From assembly GCF_009914755.1 (NCBI RefSeq), contig NC_060940.1: a stretch of DNA of 64,000 nt. One strand, 5' to 3'. Position 1 is the first letter of the stretch. Every line of letters begins with the position of its first letter. The notes beneath the pieces were generated by a model. It saw only the letters and a program-made list of their open reading frames with translations. It had not been told where the DNA came from and ran no database searches. Position numbers and translations under genes: made by a program. Source of the DNA: the human T2T-CHM13v2.0 reference genome, Homo sapiens. Below are positions 29,190 to 45,943 of this stretch, piece after piece.

Positions 29190-30767
29190 CTTTTTTTTTT
29201 CTTATTTTTTAAGGTTCCACATATAAGTGAGATCACACAATATTTGTCTTTCTGTGTCTGGCTTATTTCCCTTACAGAGTGAACATTTTTAAGGAGAAAT
29301 GACACAGAATAATATTATAGAGAGTGACCCTGGGGTGAGAAGATGGGGCTACCTTAGGTGTTCAAGTGGCCCTCTCTGCAGAAGTGACCTGGGAGAGGAG
29401 AATGGAATAATGAGGAGGAATCAGCCAGGGAATATTTGGGGGAAGAGAGTTCCAGACAGAGGGAACGTGAGTGCAAGGGCCCTGAGGTCAGGCTGAGCTT
29501 GTATGATGGAGGTGTAGGAAGACACCCAATGTGGCCATAGCACAGGGACTGGGGAGGGAGAGTGCGGGGGATGAGACCAAACAACTGGACAAGGATGCAC
29601 ACGCTTTTCATTTCAAATAAATAATGAGAAACTTCTGGTACCCTGGTACTAAACAAGCTACCTTCTACACATTGCAGGGAAATGCTTGCTAAGTGTTTTA
29701 GATGAAACAATCAGGTCACAGAGAAGGAGGTGGGGCTTAGTTAGGGCTGCCTTTAGCCACAGCATCATAAAGGGCCTGCAGGGGAATTTCCTCAATGCTT
29801 TTGTAAGCATTCTGCTTGATACTTACACCACTTGCCCATTACTGCTGCCTTGCCACAGCCCCTCCTCCCTGGTCTTGTAGTGCTGGGTCCTGTGTCTCCA
29901 ACAGTCAGCCACGGCCAGACAGGGAGGAGAGACAACTTTCAAAAGGGTGTGTGAGTGCTGTGACAGCCTCTGTGCTTGCCATCTCCATGGTACCCAGGCA
30001 GGGGGACAATCTAATTAGGCTATTTTCGGCATCCCGGAGGGAGGGGCGTGGAGGGAGACAGGGAGAAGGGGACCTGCCTCTCCTGCTGCCTGTCTCTCTC
30101 TCTCTTCCTTTCTGAAGCTATTATTGATTAAGCAGTTAAAGGCCGAGGAAGCAGGACCTTTCCATGATCTGTGCTAGGATCAGAGGAGTCTTTCTGGCAA
30201 CTTGGTGGGCCTTGTGAACAGCATCAGGAACCCTGGGGCTGGAAGGCTTCCCAGTGCTCGGTGCTAATGAGCTCTGGAGCCTACAGCTTTGACCGGAATC
30301 ACGTCCTCTGCAGGCTGTTTGTCCTCTGCTGGGGCTAGCTGCCACCAGCTTCCTCTGAAATGATGGGCCCAGAGTCAAGGACGCCTATAGCCCTTTGTTT
30401 CTTAGCCTGGGGCCTGTCCTGGCTTTAGAGGTGTTTGTCTGTGATATTCAGAGCCTGGCCGGGGGAAACTGAACTTTCATCTGCCTGGAACATGTGGCTG
30501 GTGGCTCCTGGAAGGGATTCATGGGTTGTCAATGGAACCACACTTGACTCTAAGTTCCGCGTGGCTAGGGATCACGGTCAGTTTGCTCAGCCCATGCCCC
30601 AGAGTCTAGACTTCCTACATGCTAAACAGTTATTCATCAAATATCCTGTTATAAGCCTGTAGGAAGGGTGTCTCCTAAAGGGTCTTCTCTTTTCACCCAT
30701 GAGGCATCACTGTCACATCCCTTCACTGGCCACTGCTTTGCCCAGGTGTGCTAGATCTAGAGGTTAA

Positions 30768-31092
<325 letters not shown>

Positions 31093-31189
31093 TGAAAATA
31101 ATACCTTTAAAGCCCTTGCCATATTTAGGAACTGTGTCAGGAGGTGCACCTGCCTCATAAGAACTCAGTGAGACAGGCAAATCCTACAA

Positions 31190-31315
31190 GGCTATTATCC
31201 CCATTTTACAGATGAGGAAACTGAGGCAGAGAGCAGTTAGAGCAATGTGCCCAAGACAATACAGTTGGTGTCAGAGTTGAGATTAAAACCCAGATGTGCC
31301 TGAATCCAGAGCCAT
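31190..31315 (-). mobile_element. MIR SINE
   Basis: tattatccccattttacagatgaggaaactgaggcagaga, near-consensus core. Confidence 0.85.
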
Positions 31316-32175
31316 CCTCCCAGGTAAAGCATTTACGTGGGATTCTCAGCTTCAGGACTCACTGGAGTGTTTAACAGGTTAACGTGAGTTATAAATCTCA
31401 AAGAAAGGGCATTTCCTAAAATCATTTGACCCTTCCCTTTTTGTTTTTTCTGAGCCCACTTGTTAACGTCCTCTGATGGCAGTTTGGGAAGGGCTGCTAG
31501 GAGGTAATTAAGCAGAGCAAGTGATAATGTCCTTAATTAATCCAATCCACTGTCTTTCAATTGTGCTTATTTCCTTATCTTGGAGATTGCTTCAACAGGA
31601 GGCCTTTAAACATTAAACCACTGGTTATTCCTTCTGACTCCAGAATGAGCATGAACACCCAAAGCAGCTATTTCAAAGAGCATCTCATCTCGGGTTACTG
31701 CTTTGCACCAACCTGAGATGTGGTGCTGTCTGTTACAGCAGAGAGCTGGGAGGAATTCTGAGCCGGGGGTGGAATTCAGGATGTTAACCTGCAGCTGAAG
31801 GCTGCTAACCCCTCCTCTTCCCCCATACAAATGCCTTGATGAATCAGGCCTCACAGTGGGACTTTGTTCTTTTGTTTGAAATATTATGAACTCACAAGAC
31901 TTCAAAGACACTCCTGTGATGTTTTCCATTGCCATATTCCTTTTCACCCATTATTTAGTTATTTGGCATGTTCGGATACTGCCTTGAAGGCAGGGATCTC
32001 ACCTATATGCCTCTTCCCCACTCAATGTCCAGCAGAGGGTTGGACATGAAGATATCCTAATAAATGGCTGGTTAGTGGATTCTCTCCTTTCATCAGCATT
32101 GCTCTCCACATCATCAAAGCTACCATTTATTGATTGTCTCGTATGTGTAGGTATTGGGCTGTACGCTCTGTAGTT

Positions 32176-32390
32176 AGGAGTCAGCCACACTGCAGCCTAT
32201 GGGCCAAATCTGGCCTGCCGCCTGTTTTATTTTTACTGGAATGCAGCCATGCTTATTCATTTATGTATTGTCTGTGGCACCTTTTGTGCTGCAATGACAT
32301 GGTTGAGTAGTTGGGATGGAGATTATATGGCCCCACAAAGCCTAGAATATTAACTATCTGCCCCTTTCAGAAAAAGTTTACTGACCTCTG
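32176..32390 (+). mobile_element. MER58A (hAT-Charlie)
   Basis: gggccaaatctggcctgccgcctgtttt...ttgagtagttg...aaagcctagaatatt...gaaaaagtttactgacctctg. Confidence 0.85.
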
Positions 32391-32872
32391 CTTTAGCTAT
32401 AATGAATACATAATCTTTTAATAGTCTTGTGACAATCTTGAAAGGCAATGCTGCCATTTCACAGATGAGAAGGTCAAAGCTCAAAGATGTTAAACAATTT
32501 GCCCAACTGATGAGTGGGAGATCCGATGTTTGGACTCCAGTCGGCATCTCCAAAGCCAGTATTCTTTACTCCACTCTATGCTCCCCAACAAACTGAAAAC
32601 AAACTAAATATATTTTTACCCCTCATTTTTGAACCAATGCTTTTGAGCATCTGGGGTTGATTCTACTGGGACTGCAAAGTCAATGCTAGCATAAAATTGC
32701 CCCTAAAGGCATGCAGGCTTCCTGGGTAGTTGGTAGCTGAAGGGGACTGTTACCCTATGCGTAGATACACCGGTTCCCTACTGGAGATCAAAGGTTTCCG
32801 GAGTAGCTGATTCATCAACACCCTTGAAATCTGGCGTCAATTTCACAAAGAGAAATTTCTTTCTTTCTTTAA

Positions 32873-33540
<668 letters not shown>

Positions 33541-34214
33541 AAATTAATTTCTTTAGCTTCTCAGCCTCTGACGGCTTCAACATCCCTGATGCTTTAACCT
33601 GGAAAGTAGTCCTCATTCCTAGTCTTTTTGCACACTGTGGATTTTAGAGCCATCTAAATATTTGCTGACTTCTTTGAACAGGGGAATAGAGAATGAGTAA
33701 GAAAGATCAGTTCACAAACATACGTCCAAGTGGTTGGTTGTGTAATGGGCAGTGGTGAGGGCAGAGAATATTAATGCCTCTGGGAAGAAGACTCAGGTGA
33801 GCTAGTCTTCAAGTTTTTGGTAGTGGTTTTTTGTTGTTGTTGTTGTTGTTGTTTTTTGCTGTTTTTTGCCGTTTTTGTTTATATTAGGCAAATCCTACAA
33901 GGCAAATTAACCAAACTGAAACTCAGAGCACATTTTGTTTCATTTATTGATTTATTTTTCTGGCCTATGACTATATTTACATGTAAAATTTTACAAAAGC
34001 ATTCATTCATATGTTTACGGAGAGAACTGTAGGAAAAAGAATGAGATCAAGACCATCTTGGAAAATCAGGGACATGTTGTTGTGGTACTTTTTAGTCACA
34101 CTTTGGGGACATTAAAAAATATAGTCCCCAAGGAGGGCAATTTTGTCCTTGTGAGCATTCCACGATATTAGGAATTTCAAAATACATTTTTAGGGAAAGA
34201 GTAGGGGCCTGTGA

Positions 34215-34601
<387 letters not shown>

Positions 34602-34849
34602 TGAAATTTGGGATTCTGTGCAATGCATTTTCCCCAATTTATCTCATTATCACATTGTCAGCCTTCCATGTTGGAATCATTACCTCATTTTGCAAACAAG
34701 GGAATTGAAACTCAAAATTGTTAAGCAATTTGCTGAAAGTCTCATAGCTACTGGCTAAACTGGGATTCCCATTTAGATCTGTCTTATTGAAAGTCTGTAT
34801 TCTTTGACAATGATGATATCATCATTATCAACAACAATAATTCGTTGAC

Positions 34850-35010
34850 TGGTATTGAGTGTCAATCATATGCAGGCACTGTGCTGAATGCTTTCCATGG
34901 ATTATCTCATTGAATCTTTATTCAGTGTAGGTTATACATTATCCCCATTTTATAGGTAAGAAAAACTGAGGTTTAGAATAGTTAAGTAGTAGACTCAAGG
35001 CCCCTCAGCT
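34850..35010 (-). mobile_element. MIR SINE
   Basis: tattgagtg...caggcactgtgctgaatgcttt...attatccccattttataggtaagaaaaactgagg. Confidence 0.8.
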
Positions 35011-36267
35011 TCAAAGCACTGGGGACAGAGCTCATATACTTCATTGTGTGATACCAGTGCTGCAAGGACATGAACACTGCTAACTGGTGATCTACTCAAG
35101 TCTTACTAGTTCATGCATTCAATCCAGAATGTCTTTGCCTTGAGGGCTATCACATTCAATCCCCTTGTTCAATGAAAAAATTAGCTGAGTTTTAAGGAAA
35201 TCCCCTCCCACCTGTATTCCCTTCTCAAAGGAAATTTTTGGCTACTTAAAAGAGAACGTTCTGGACTTGGCTTTCTTCCTTATAACAACCAAGACCATTC
35301 ACTCTTACCTAAATCCTGTGTTGTCCTCTGCTGAGGAGCTAGCTCAGAGTGCTGACCCTTGGCCCGACAGGGATGGTGACTTCTGGAGCCTTGACCAGGT
35401 CAGCTGTTCTTCTCCCTCCTAAGTTCCTTGCTCTGTTTTGGATACATTCTCCATCAGCACAGCTTCACAGTGGGTAGGGTTTATTCGGCTACTGCTGGCG
35501 TGGCTTCCCTTTGTCATTCATTCTTTGCCTCCAAAGGCCTGATCCCAAATCTAGCAAGAGGGATCTGGCCTCCAATTTGAATCTAGTCTCACGCAGGTTG
35601 GCCCTGCTTCCTGAAGAAGCTGTCGCAATGGCCAGTGAAGACCAGCTTTTTGGTATTGCCTGTTTCCTTTCTGTTCTTCTCTCCTACTCTCAGTCTGTCT
35701 ACCCCACCTGCTAGCATTTGCCCAGCACCCAAATCCTCCACCTCATGGCTTACCTTTTACAAGCTGTAACTTTGAGCAAGATGTGGGAAGAGGCGAAGGT
35801 TCCATCGGGATGAAGGCGATTTGCAGTGGGGTGGAGGGAAGAGTCCCAGGCAGGGGGTGTGGAGACTTCTCAGTGCCTTGTTTCCATCTCAGTCATTTCC
35901 AGTCCAGGAGAGGCACTGCAGCTGGTGATATTTCCAAAGCGTACATCTGCTCAAAATCCTTTATTGATTCCTAGTCGCCTGTCAACTTTGGCGACACAAA
36001 TTTGAATGTGCATAAATACCAGCTGGTGAGTGTGTGAAAATGCTGATTCCTAGGTGAGCACTCTCAGAGATCCTGATTCAGTTCAGGGGGTAATCTGTGT
36101 GTGCCAGAGCCTATGTGTGATTATGATGCAGATGGTCCCAGAACCGAAGAACGCTGGAAAGCCTTGACCTACAAAGTGCAAACTCCTCAGCCCATGCATT
36201 ACTTTGCTCAAGCTACCATAGCAAAGTATCATAGACTGAGTGCCTTAAGTAACAGAAATGTATTTTC

Positions 36268-36565
36268 TTTTTTTTCTTTTTTTGAGACAGAGTCTTGCTC
36301 TGTTGCTCAGGCTGTAGTGCCGTGGCACGATCTTGGATGATTGCAACCTCCACCTCCCCAGTTCAATAGATTCTCCTGCCTTACCCTCCCGAGTAGCTGG
36401 AATTATGGGCACTCACCACCATGCCCAGCTAATATTTATATTTTTAGTAGAGATGGGGTTTCACCATGTTGGCCAGGCTGGTCTTGAACTCCTGGCCTCA
36501 AGTGATCTACCTGCCTCGGCCTCCCAAAGTGCTGAGATTACAGACGTGAGCCACCACGCTTGGCC
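36268..36565 (-). mobile_element. AluS
   Basis: Full dimer; TSD caga(a/c)at(g/t)tattttctt. Confidence 0.95.
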
Positions 36566-37002
36566 AGACATTTATTTTCTTACAGTTCTGGAGGCTAGAA
36601 GTCCAAGATCAAGGTTCCGGCAGATCCATTTTCTGGTGGGGGAAGCCTTCCCGGCTTGCTGAAGGTGGCTTCTTACTATGTCCTCATGTGGCCTTTCCTC
36701 AGTGGGAGAGCTCTCTGGCGTCTCTTTTTTTTTTCAGATTTTTAAAAAAATTATTATTGTGGTTAACTATACATAATCACAAAGTCTCTGATTTTAGCTA
36801 TTTTTAGGTGTACATTTAATGGCGTTAGGTACATTTGCAGTGTTGTGCAACTGTCACCACTCTTCATTTCCCGGTCTTTTTTTTAAACTTTTAAGTTCAG
36901 GGGTACAAGTGCAGGTTTGGTACATAGGTAAACTTGTGTCACTGGGGTTTGTCGTATAGATTACTTCATCACCCAGGTATTAAGCCTAGTACCCATTAGT
37001 TG

Positions 37003-37032
37003 TTTTTCTTCCTTCTTTTCTTTTCTTTCTTT

Positions 37033-37092
<60 letters not shown>

Positions 37093-37140
37093 TTTCCTTC
37101 CTTCCCTCCCTCCCTCCCTCCCTCCCTCCCTCCCTCCCTC

Positions 37141-37207
<67 letters not shown>

Positions 37208-37294
37208 TCCCTCCTTCTTTCCTTCCTTCCTTCCTTCCTTCCTTCCTTCCTTCCTTCCTTCCTTCCTTCCCTCCTTCCTTCCTTCTCTTTCTTT

Positions 37295-37304
<10 letters not shown>
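37003..37304. repeat. 302-nt pure pyrimidine tract (TTTC/CCCT/TTCC), Alu tail expansion
   Basis: No purine on + strand across the interval. Confidence 0.95.
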
Positions 37305-37599
<295 letters not shown>

Positions 37600-38402
37600 T
37601 GATTCTCTTGCATCCTCTGACCCTCACCCTCCAAAAGGCTCCAGTGTGTGTTGCTCCCCCGTATGTATCCATGTGTTCTCGTCATTTAGCTCCCATTTGT
37701 AAGTGAGAACATGCGGTATTTGGTTTTCTGTTCCTGTGTTAGTTTGCTAAAGATAATGGCCTCCAGCTCCATCCATGGTGTCTCTTCTTATTGGATTCGT
37801 ACCTCATTTAACCTTAATGACTTCCTTAAAGGTCCCAACTCCAAATACAGACACATATTTGTGGAGTCAAGGCTTCAGCATATGAATTTACAGGGGACCC
37901 AATGTTTCCATCCATAATAATATGGCACTCAAGATGTATTGAGAAGGACCTCGTCTCTGCGTATCCTTTGTATCTCCACCATCCCTTCTCTTTTGCATAT
38001 TAGGATCCAAACATACTAAATGATACCAGACCTCTGGTATTTTGGAAGGATAGGTTCCTAGCTGTTTGTAGTTCTAATTGTCATGTATTCAGGGTGTAAA
38101 TTGGATAACCAGATTTCTGTCACTTACCCTTCTTTGAGAGCATTATACGCAAGGGCAAAAGGCCCTGCTGGATTCTTAGCTGTGACCACATAATATCTCC
38201 CCAGTCCCGGGATTCTCTGGTGATTGGTGCTGGGGCAAGATGCTTGGGTGTAGAAACTGAAATAGTGACTTCTACTCTTGGCTCTCTCGAATCTAGAAGG
38301 GCTGGGTGAATTAAGGAGATGTTGAACTTGGCTATTCAACTTTATGGACGGCAATAGCTATATGGTCCTGCTGTCTCCTTGAGTGCTAGACCTCTCTCGA
38401 AG

Positions 38403-38642
38403 CGATGGCTCTCAACCAGGGACAATTTTGCCTCCCTCCTACCTCCTTCAGGGTGTTTGGTGGCATTTGGAGACATTTTTTATTGTTACCACTGGGAAAG
38501 GTTGATGGCTCCTGGCATCTAGTGAGTAAAGGCCAGGGACGCTGCTCAAATATCTTACAATACACAGGACCCTACCCTAACCCCAATACTCATGAACAGT
38601 GAGAAACTATCCAAACGGTAGTGCTGAGGTTGAGAAGTCCTG
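38403..38642 (+). mobile_element. MER20
   Basis: ctcaaccagggacaattttgcc...tggagacattttt...ctggcatctagtgagtaaaggccagggacgctgc...gtgctgaggttgagaa. Confidence 0.85.
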
Positions 38643-38881
38643 CTCTAGAAGTTCTCCTGAGAGTGCATTTACCACATAGAGATGGAAGCCGAAGAGTCTC
38701 CCATGCATGGGGACAGGAAGTGAGTTAGGGAGAGGGGCTTGGCTTCTGATACTTCAGGCTTAGTTATCACACCCACTAGTAAAACGTGGCTCAACCCATG
38801 TACCTGACTCAGAACAATCAGATGAACAACATCTCTTTCATAAAAGGCAGGAAGGCCGGGAGCAGGATGAAGAAGAAACGG

Positions 38882-39074
38882 TACCTGAGCTCTGATACCA
38901 ATATTTTAAGAGGATTCTTATAAAACTCAGCATAACTTTATTTCCTCTTGGAATTTCCTCTGAATCTCTAGGTATATTGGATGTCCCCTTTTCTGAGTTT
39001 CTAGAATACCCCCTGTGTCATTTATTATAACACTTATGACACTATTATAATAGTCTATTTATTAGACAGGAATA
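38882..39074 (+). repeat. Dispersed direct repeat, copy 1 (copy 2 at 42259-42449)
   Basis: About 190 bp, roughly 85-90% identical by manual alignment. Confidence 0.9.
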
Positions 39075-39415
39075 ACTGACCATTCTTTTCTCCATGGGCT
39101 GAGGGGGCAGCCTGGGAAGAGAAAGCATAGTAGTGTCCTAGGGCTGCCGTAACAAATGACCACACACTGCATGGTTTTGAAACAATAGAAATTTATTTTC
39201 TTACCAATTTGGAGGCAGTAAGTCTGAAATCAAGGCTTTGGTGGGGCTGCGCTCCCTCTGAGGTCTCGAGAGAGAATTCTTCCTAGCCTCTTCCAGCTTC
39301 TGGTGGCTCCAGGCTTTCCTGGGCTTGTGGGTGCATAATTCCATTTCCTGCCTCTGTCTCCACATGGCCTTGTTCCTTCTGTATCTGCGTGTCTCAAATC
39401 TCCCCCTGCCTTACT

Positions 39416-40148
<733 letters not shown>

Positions 40149-40254
40149 TCTGCCTTACTTGTATAAGGACATCTGTCACTGGATTTAGGGGCCACCCCAT
40201 AATCCAGGATGATGTCATCTTGAGATTAACTTGATCACATCTGCAAAGACCCGT

Positions 40255-41070
40255 TTTTCTTTCTTTCTGTCTTTTATTTATTTATTTTTTATTATACTTT
40301 AAGTTCTAGGGTACATGTGCACAATGTGCAGGTTCGATACATAGGTATACATGTGCCATGTTGGTTTGCTGCACCCATCAACTCATCATTTACATTAGGT
40401 ATTTCTCCTAATGCTATCCCTCCCCAAGTCCCTGACCCTGCAACAGGCCCTGGTGTGTGATGTTCCCCACCCTGTGTCCAAGTGATCTCATTGTTCAATT
40501 CCCACCTATGAGTGAGAACATGCGGTGTTTGGTTTTCTGTCCTTATGATAATTTGCTGAGAATCATGGTTTCCAGCTTCATCCATGTCCCTGCAAAGGAC
40601 ATGAACTCATCCTTTTTTATGGCTGCACAGTATTCCATGGTGTATATGTGCCACATTTTCTTAATGCAGTCTATCATTGATGGACATTTGGGTTGGTTCC
40701 AAGTCTTTGCTATTGTGAATAGTGCCGCAATAAACATACATGTGCATGTGTCTTTATAGTAGCATGATTTATAATCCTTCGGGTATATACCCAGTAATGG
40801 GATTGCTGGGTCAAATGGTATTTCTAGTTCTAGATCCCTGAGGAATCGCCACACTGTCTTCCACAATGGTTGAACTAATTTACACTCCCATCAACAGTGT
40901 AAAAGTATTCCTATTTCTCCATATCCTCTCCAGCATCCGTTGTTTCCTGACTTTTTAATGATTGCCATTCTAACTGGCGTGAGATGGTATCTCATTGCGG
41001 TTTTGATTTGCATTTCTCTGATGACCAGTGATGATGTGCATTTTTTCGTGTGTCTGTTGGCTCCATAGAT
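40255..41070 (-). mobile_element. L1PA (relatively young) 3' ~0.8 kb
   Basis: ttattatactttaagttctagggtacatgtgcac terminus; ORF 40543-40866(-) translates the L1 ORF2p C-terminus (WKTVWRFLRDLELEIPFDPAIPLLGIYP); TSD aaagacc. Confidence 0.95.
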
Positions 41071-41844
41071 GAAAGACCTCTTTTTCTAAATGAGGTCACA
41101 TTCATAGGTTCTGGAGGTTAGGACATGGTCATATCTTTCAGAGGGACATTATTCAGCCCACTCCAGATGGGGGTAAAACACAAAGATGGGAAGGGATGAT
41201 AACAACACATTGTAGGATATGATTTACCACCTACAACTCTGGGAACAGAGAGGCTGAGGAACAGAAGAAAGTAAGAGTAATTAGATGCCTTTTATGTGCG
41301 AGGAACTGGGTTAAAGCTCTTCATTTCTCATCTCCATTAATCCTCACTAACACTTAGTGGATTGGTTATCTCCATTTTAAAGGTGGAGAGAGAAGTTCAG
41401 AGAAGGTATACAGGTAGCTCAAGCACCTACAGAACAAATTGAGCCCAGGTCTGCTGTTTCCAGAGCCCATACTCTTTCTAGGATAAAGGAAGCATTTGCA
41501 TGGCCTCTTACTGGCAGCTGTAGGGAGGGACCAAGCCCAGAACATCTCATTTGCAACAGAGAAGGTGTCATTGCTCTTCCTGGGCTTCCAACAGCCTGGT
41601 GCTCACCTGCCTGCCTTTGGCAGCTGGAGCCCAGGTGCTGGACAGCCCAGTTGGCCCAGAGCCTCTTGAGGTGGGGATGTGGTGACAGATTTTGGCTGGT
41701 TCAGATGCAACACCCTTTTTGGCACCTGTGGCCATTTGGCACTGTGGGGGAGCCAGTCCCATACATATGTATTAAAGGATTTGGATTCCTTACTCCCACC
41801 AGTGCTGGGATTCATGCAAGCTGAGCAGGATTTTCTGAGAGGCA

Positions 41845-42060
41845 GTGTACTGTGATAGAAAGAGAAAGTTGAAATGCGAGAGATCTGGGTTCAAATCTTA
41901 TTTTTGCCACTTATGGGCTGTATGACAAGTGAGCTATTTCACTTCTCTGAGCCTCAGCTTCTTCTACTGTAAAGTAGGGGGTGACAATACCCATTTCCAC
42001 AGAGCTTCCACATAAGGCACTTTGAACAATGCCTGCTACACAGTAGACCCTCAAAGTTCC
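41845..42060 (+). mobile_element. MIR SINE
   Basis: atctgggttcaaatc...gccactta...acttctctgagcctcagcttc. Confidence 0.75.
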
Positions 42061-42258
42061 TGTGTTGGCTGAATCTGCAGGTCCCTGTGATACTTCCTGA
42101 CGCCTGGTTAGCATCTATCTCTGCTTGCATGAAAGTAGCCTCTGTGCAGCCAGGATCTCAATTGCCAATAACATCTGTCAAATGCAAGTGTGAACCTTGC
42201 TGCTAGTGCAAGGGGCAGATATTGGGGAAGGATGTCTTATCTCATGCATGCTCATAAT

Positions 42259-42449
42259 TACCTGGACATTGATACCAACATGTTAAGAGGGTTCTTATAG
42301 AACAGCATAACATCATTTCCTCTTGGATTTTTTTCTGAATCTCTAGGTATATTAGATTTCCCCTTTTCTGAGTTTCTAGAATACCCTGTGTTTCATTTAT
42401 TATAACACTTATGACATTATTATAATTGTCTATTTATTATACAGGGATA
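42259..42449 (+). repeat. Dispersed direct repeat, copy 2
   Basis: Homologous to 38882-39074. Confidence 0.9.
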
Positions 42450-42495
42450 CATTTGTAGGCAAGGGCTAATTATTACTTTCCTCTATCTTTCTAGA

Positions 42496-42870
42496 CCAGT
42501 AATTTTCAACATTTGTTTCTTAGACCAGCAACGACATTACCTGGAAACTTGTTAGACCTACAAATTCTCAGGACACACTGCAGACCTGCTGAATTAGAGA
42601 CTCTGGGTGTGAGGCCTGGCAATCTGTATTCACAAAGCTTTCATGTGATTCCGATGATGCTTAGGTTGAAACACCACTTCCCTAGATGACTGGTCCTTAA
42701 CTTTGGAGGAACTCCTGGATCCTGGAACCCCTGAGGAGCTTTAGAAAATAGCGATGCCTCTGTCCCACCTCTAGAGGTGCTGACCTAATTGTTGAGGGGT
42801 GTGAACTGGGTTGAAATTCTTTAAAATCTCCAGAGGATCCTAATATTGAGCCAGGGGTGGGAATCACCAA
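42496..42870. mobile_element. Two adjacent MER5-family (hAT-Charlie) elements
   Basis: acctggaaacttgttaga...cagacctgctgaattagagactctggg...ggcaatctgtatt, then a second unit ending gagccaggggtgggaatcacc. Confidence 0.65.
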
Positions 42871-42991
42871 CACACAGCCCCATTCCTAATAGTCACTTAA
42901 TAGTAGAACATAATAGTTGAGTGCCTCCTTGGCAATCTCATAGACGTAGGTCACATGCTGACCTCCTTCTTCCTAACTGCGGGTCAGTTCT

Positions 42992-43941
<950 letters not shown>

Positions 43942-44624
43942 ACTGTGGGTCAGTTCTGACCTCCTCAAGCCCTACTTTTCCTACCTGTAAATGTGAGTAG
44001 TGATGGGAATCTTCTCATAGCATCATTTTGAAGACTACCTATGTAATGCAGATAAAGCACTTGACATGATGGAAGACTAACAAGTAGCCATGATGCTTAG
44101 TATTATTTCCATTTTATAGGAGAAGGATGTGAAGCTCAGAGACTTTGGCTGCGGGAAGGGAAAACCAGTGCCCCTCCCCTCCTTGATCAGAGTCAACATT
44201 TAGGTTTTAAGGTTGAAAGTCATTGTCTGTGTCTTCAAGGTACCATAACTACCTAGAGTTTCATGGCCTGAAAGAGACCTGGAGCTTGTTTATACCTCCC
44301 TCCCCCACTGCTGTATCTGGGTCTTTTGGGGTATAGCCCATTTACTGAACAACGAAAACTTTGGGGATCCCCAAGATTTCTGTTCTCAACATTGAATTGT
44401 ACTGTTGGTTGACAAATGTTGGGTGAAGAGTCCTCAGCTTTCTTTGGAAATTCTGTCCAACATTTTTGGATGTTCTTATCTGGAGGATGGACTCCATCAA
44501 TATTCTTTCAGTTATAGGCAGCAGTAAAAACCATCTCAAACTTCCTTAAGCAACTAATAATATTTATTGGGTCATGTAGCAAAATTTCCAGGAATCTAGC
44601 TAGTTAGAGGTGCCCCAAAGAGGC

Positions 44625-45495
44625 TGCTTTTTGTTTCTTATAAACTGAAGCATAAAATCCAATATACACTTAGCATGCAACCCAGCAATTTTACTCCTCT
44701 GTATCTATCCAAGAGAATTGAAAATTATGTCCACACAAAGAATCTGCACTAATATTCATAGAAGCTCTATTCATAATAGCTAAAAGCTGGAAACAACCCA
44801 ATGTCTATCAATGGGAGAATGAATAAACAAACTGTGGTACATCCACACAATGGAATAATTCTCGGCAATAAAAAATAATGAATATTGATTCACACAAAAC
44901 ATGGCTGAATCTCAAAAGCAGGCACTGAAGAGTGTATAGTGTTGGGAGGCTGAGGCAGGCGGATCACCTCAGGTCAGGAGTTTGAGACCAGCCTGGCCGA
45001 CATGGTGAAACCCTGTCTCTACTAAAAGTACAAAAATTAGCTGGGTATGGTGGTGCACTCCTGTAATCCCAGCTGCTTGGGAGGCTTAGACAGTAGAATC
45101 ACTTGAACCCAGGAGGCGGAGGTTGTAGTGAGCCGAGACCACGCCACTGCACTCTGGCCTGGGTGACTAGAGTGAAGCTCTGTCTCAAAAACAAAAAAAA
45201 AAAAAAAAAAAAAGAATGTATACTGAAAGAAGCCAAGCACTAAAAAGTGTATATTGTATGATTCTATTTATATGAGATTCTGAAAAGGTAGACGGTGGCT
45301 GCTTGGGGCTGGGGTGGGGGTAATTGACTGCAAACAGGTATGTGAAACAACCTTCTCAGGTAATGAAAACCTTCTATCTCTTGATTGTCATGGTGGTCTT
45401 GACTGTATGTATGTGTCAAAATTGATCAAACTGTGTACTTAACATGGGTACATTTTAGTGAATATAAGTTACACTTCAATAAACGTTATTTAAGA
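44625..45495 (+). mobile_element. Old L1M 3' fragment, inside an old MLT1 LTR (~44505-46250)
   Basis: acccagcaattttactcct...atgtccacacaaag...ctggaaacaaccc...aaacaaactgtggtacatcca. Confidence 0.8.
44942..45212 (+). mobile_element. 5'-truncated AluS
   Basis: Starts at ttgggaggctgagg; TSD aaga(g/a)tgtata. Confidence 0.93.
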
Positions 45496-45582
45496 AGAAA
45501 TCTGCCTCTATCATTGGGTTCTATTTATCTCTACGTGGCTTCATTCTTAGGCAGGTTCTCCCCAGGAAGTGATAAAGGGAGC

Positions 45583-45943
45583 TGCATTAGTCTGTTTTCA
45601 TGCTGCTGATAAAGACATACCGAGACTGGGCAATTTATAAAGAGAAAGAGGTTGAATGGACTCACAGTTCCACATGGCTGGGGAGGCCTCACAATCATGG
45701 TGGAAGGTGAAAGACACGTCTTACATGGTGGCAGGCAAGAGAGAAGGAGAGCCAAGTGAAAGGGGAGACCCCTTATAAAACCATCAGATCTCGTGAGACT
45801 TATTTCTTACCATGAGAACAGTATGGGGGAAACTGCCTCCATGATTCAATTATCTCCTACCGGGTCCCTCCCACAACATTTGGGAATTATGGGAGTTGCA
45901 ATTCAAGATGAGATTTGGGTGGGGACACAGCCAAACCATATCA
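45583..45943 (-). mobile_element. THE1 (B/C-like) solo LTR
   Basis: tgcattagtctgttttcatgctgctgataaagacatacc...ggggacacagccaaaccatatca. Confidence 0.93.

Noticed and set aside
40292-40866. ORFs with L1 ORF2p C-terminal similarity
   Set aside because: Part of a 5'-truncated L1 with no promoter, endonuclease or RT domain; not a gene.
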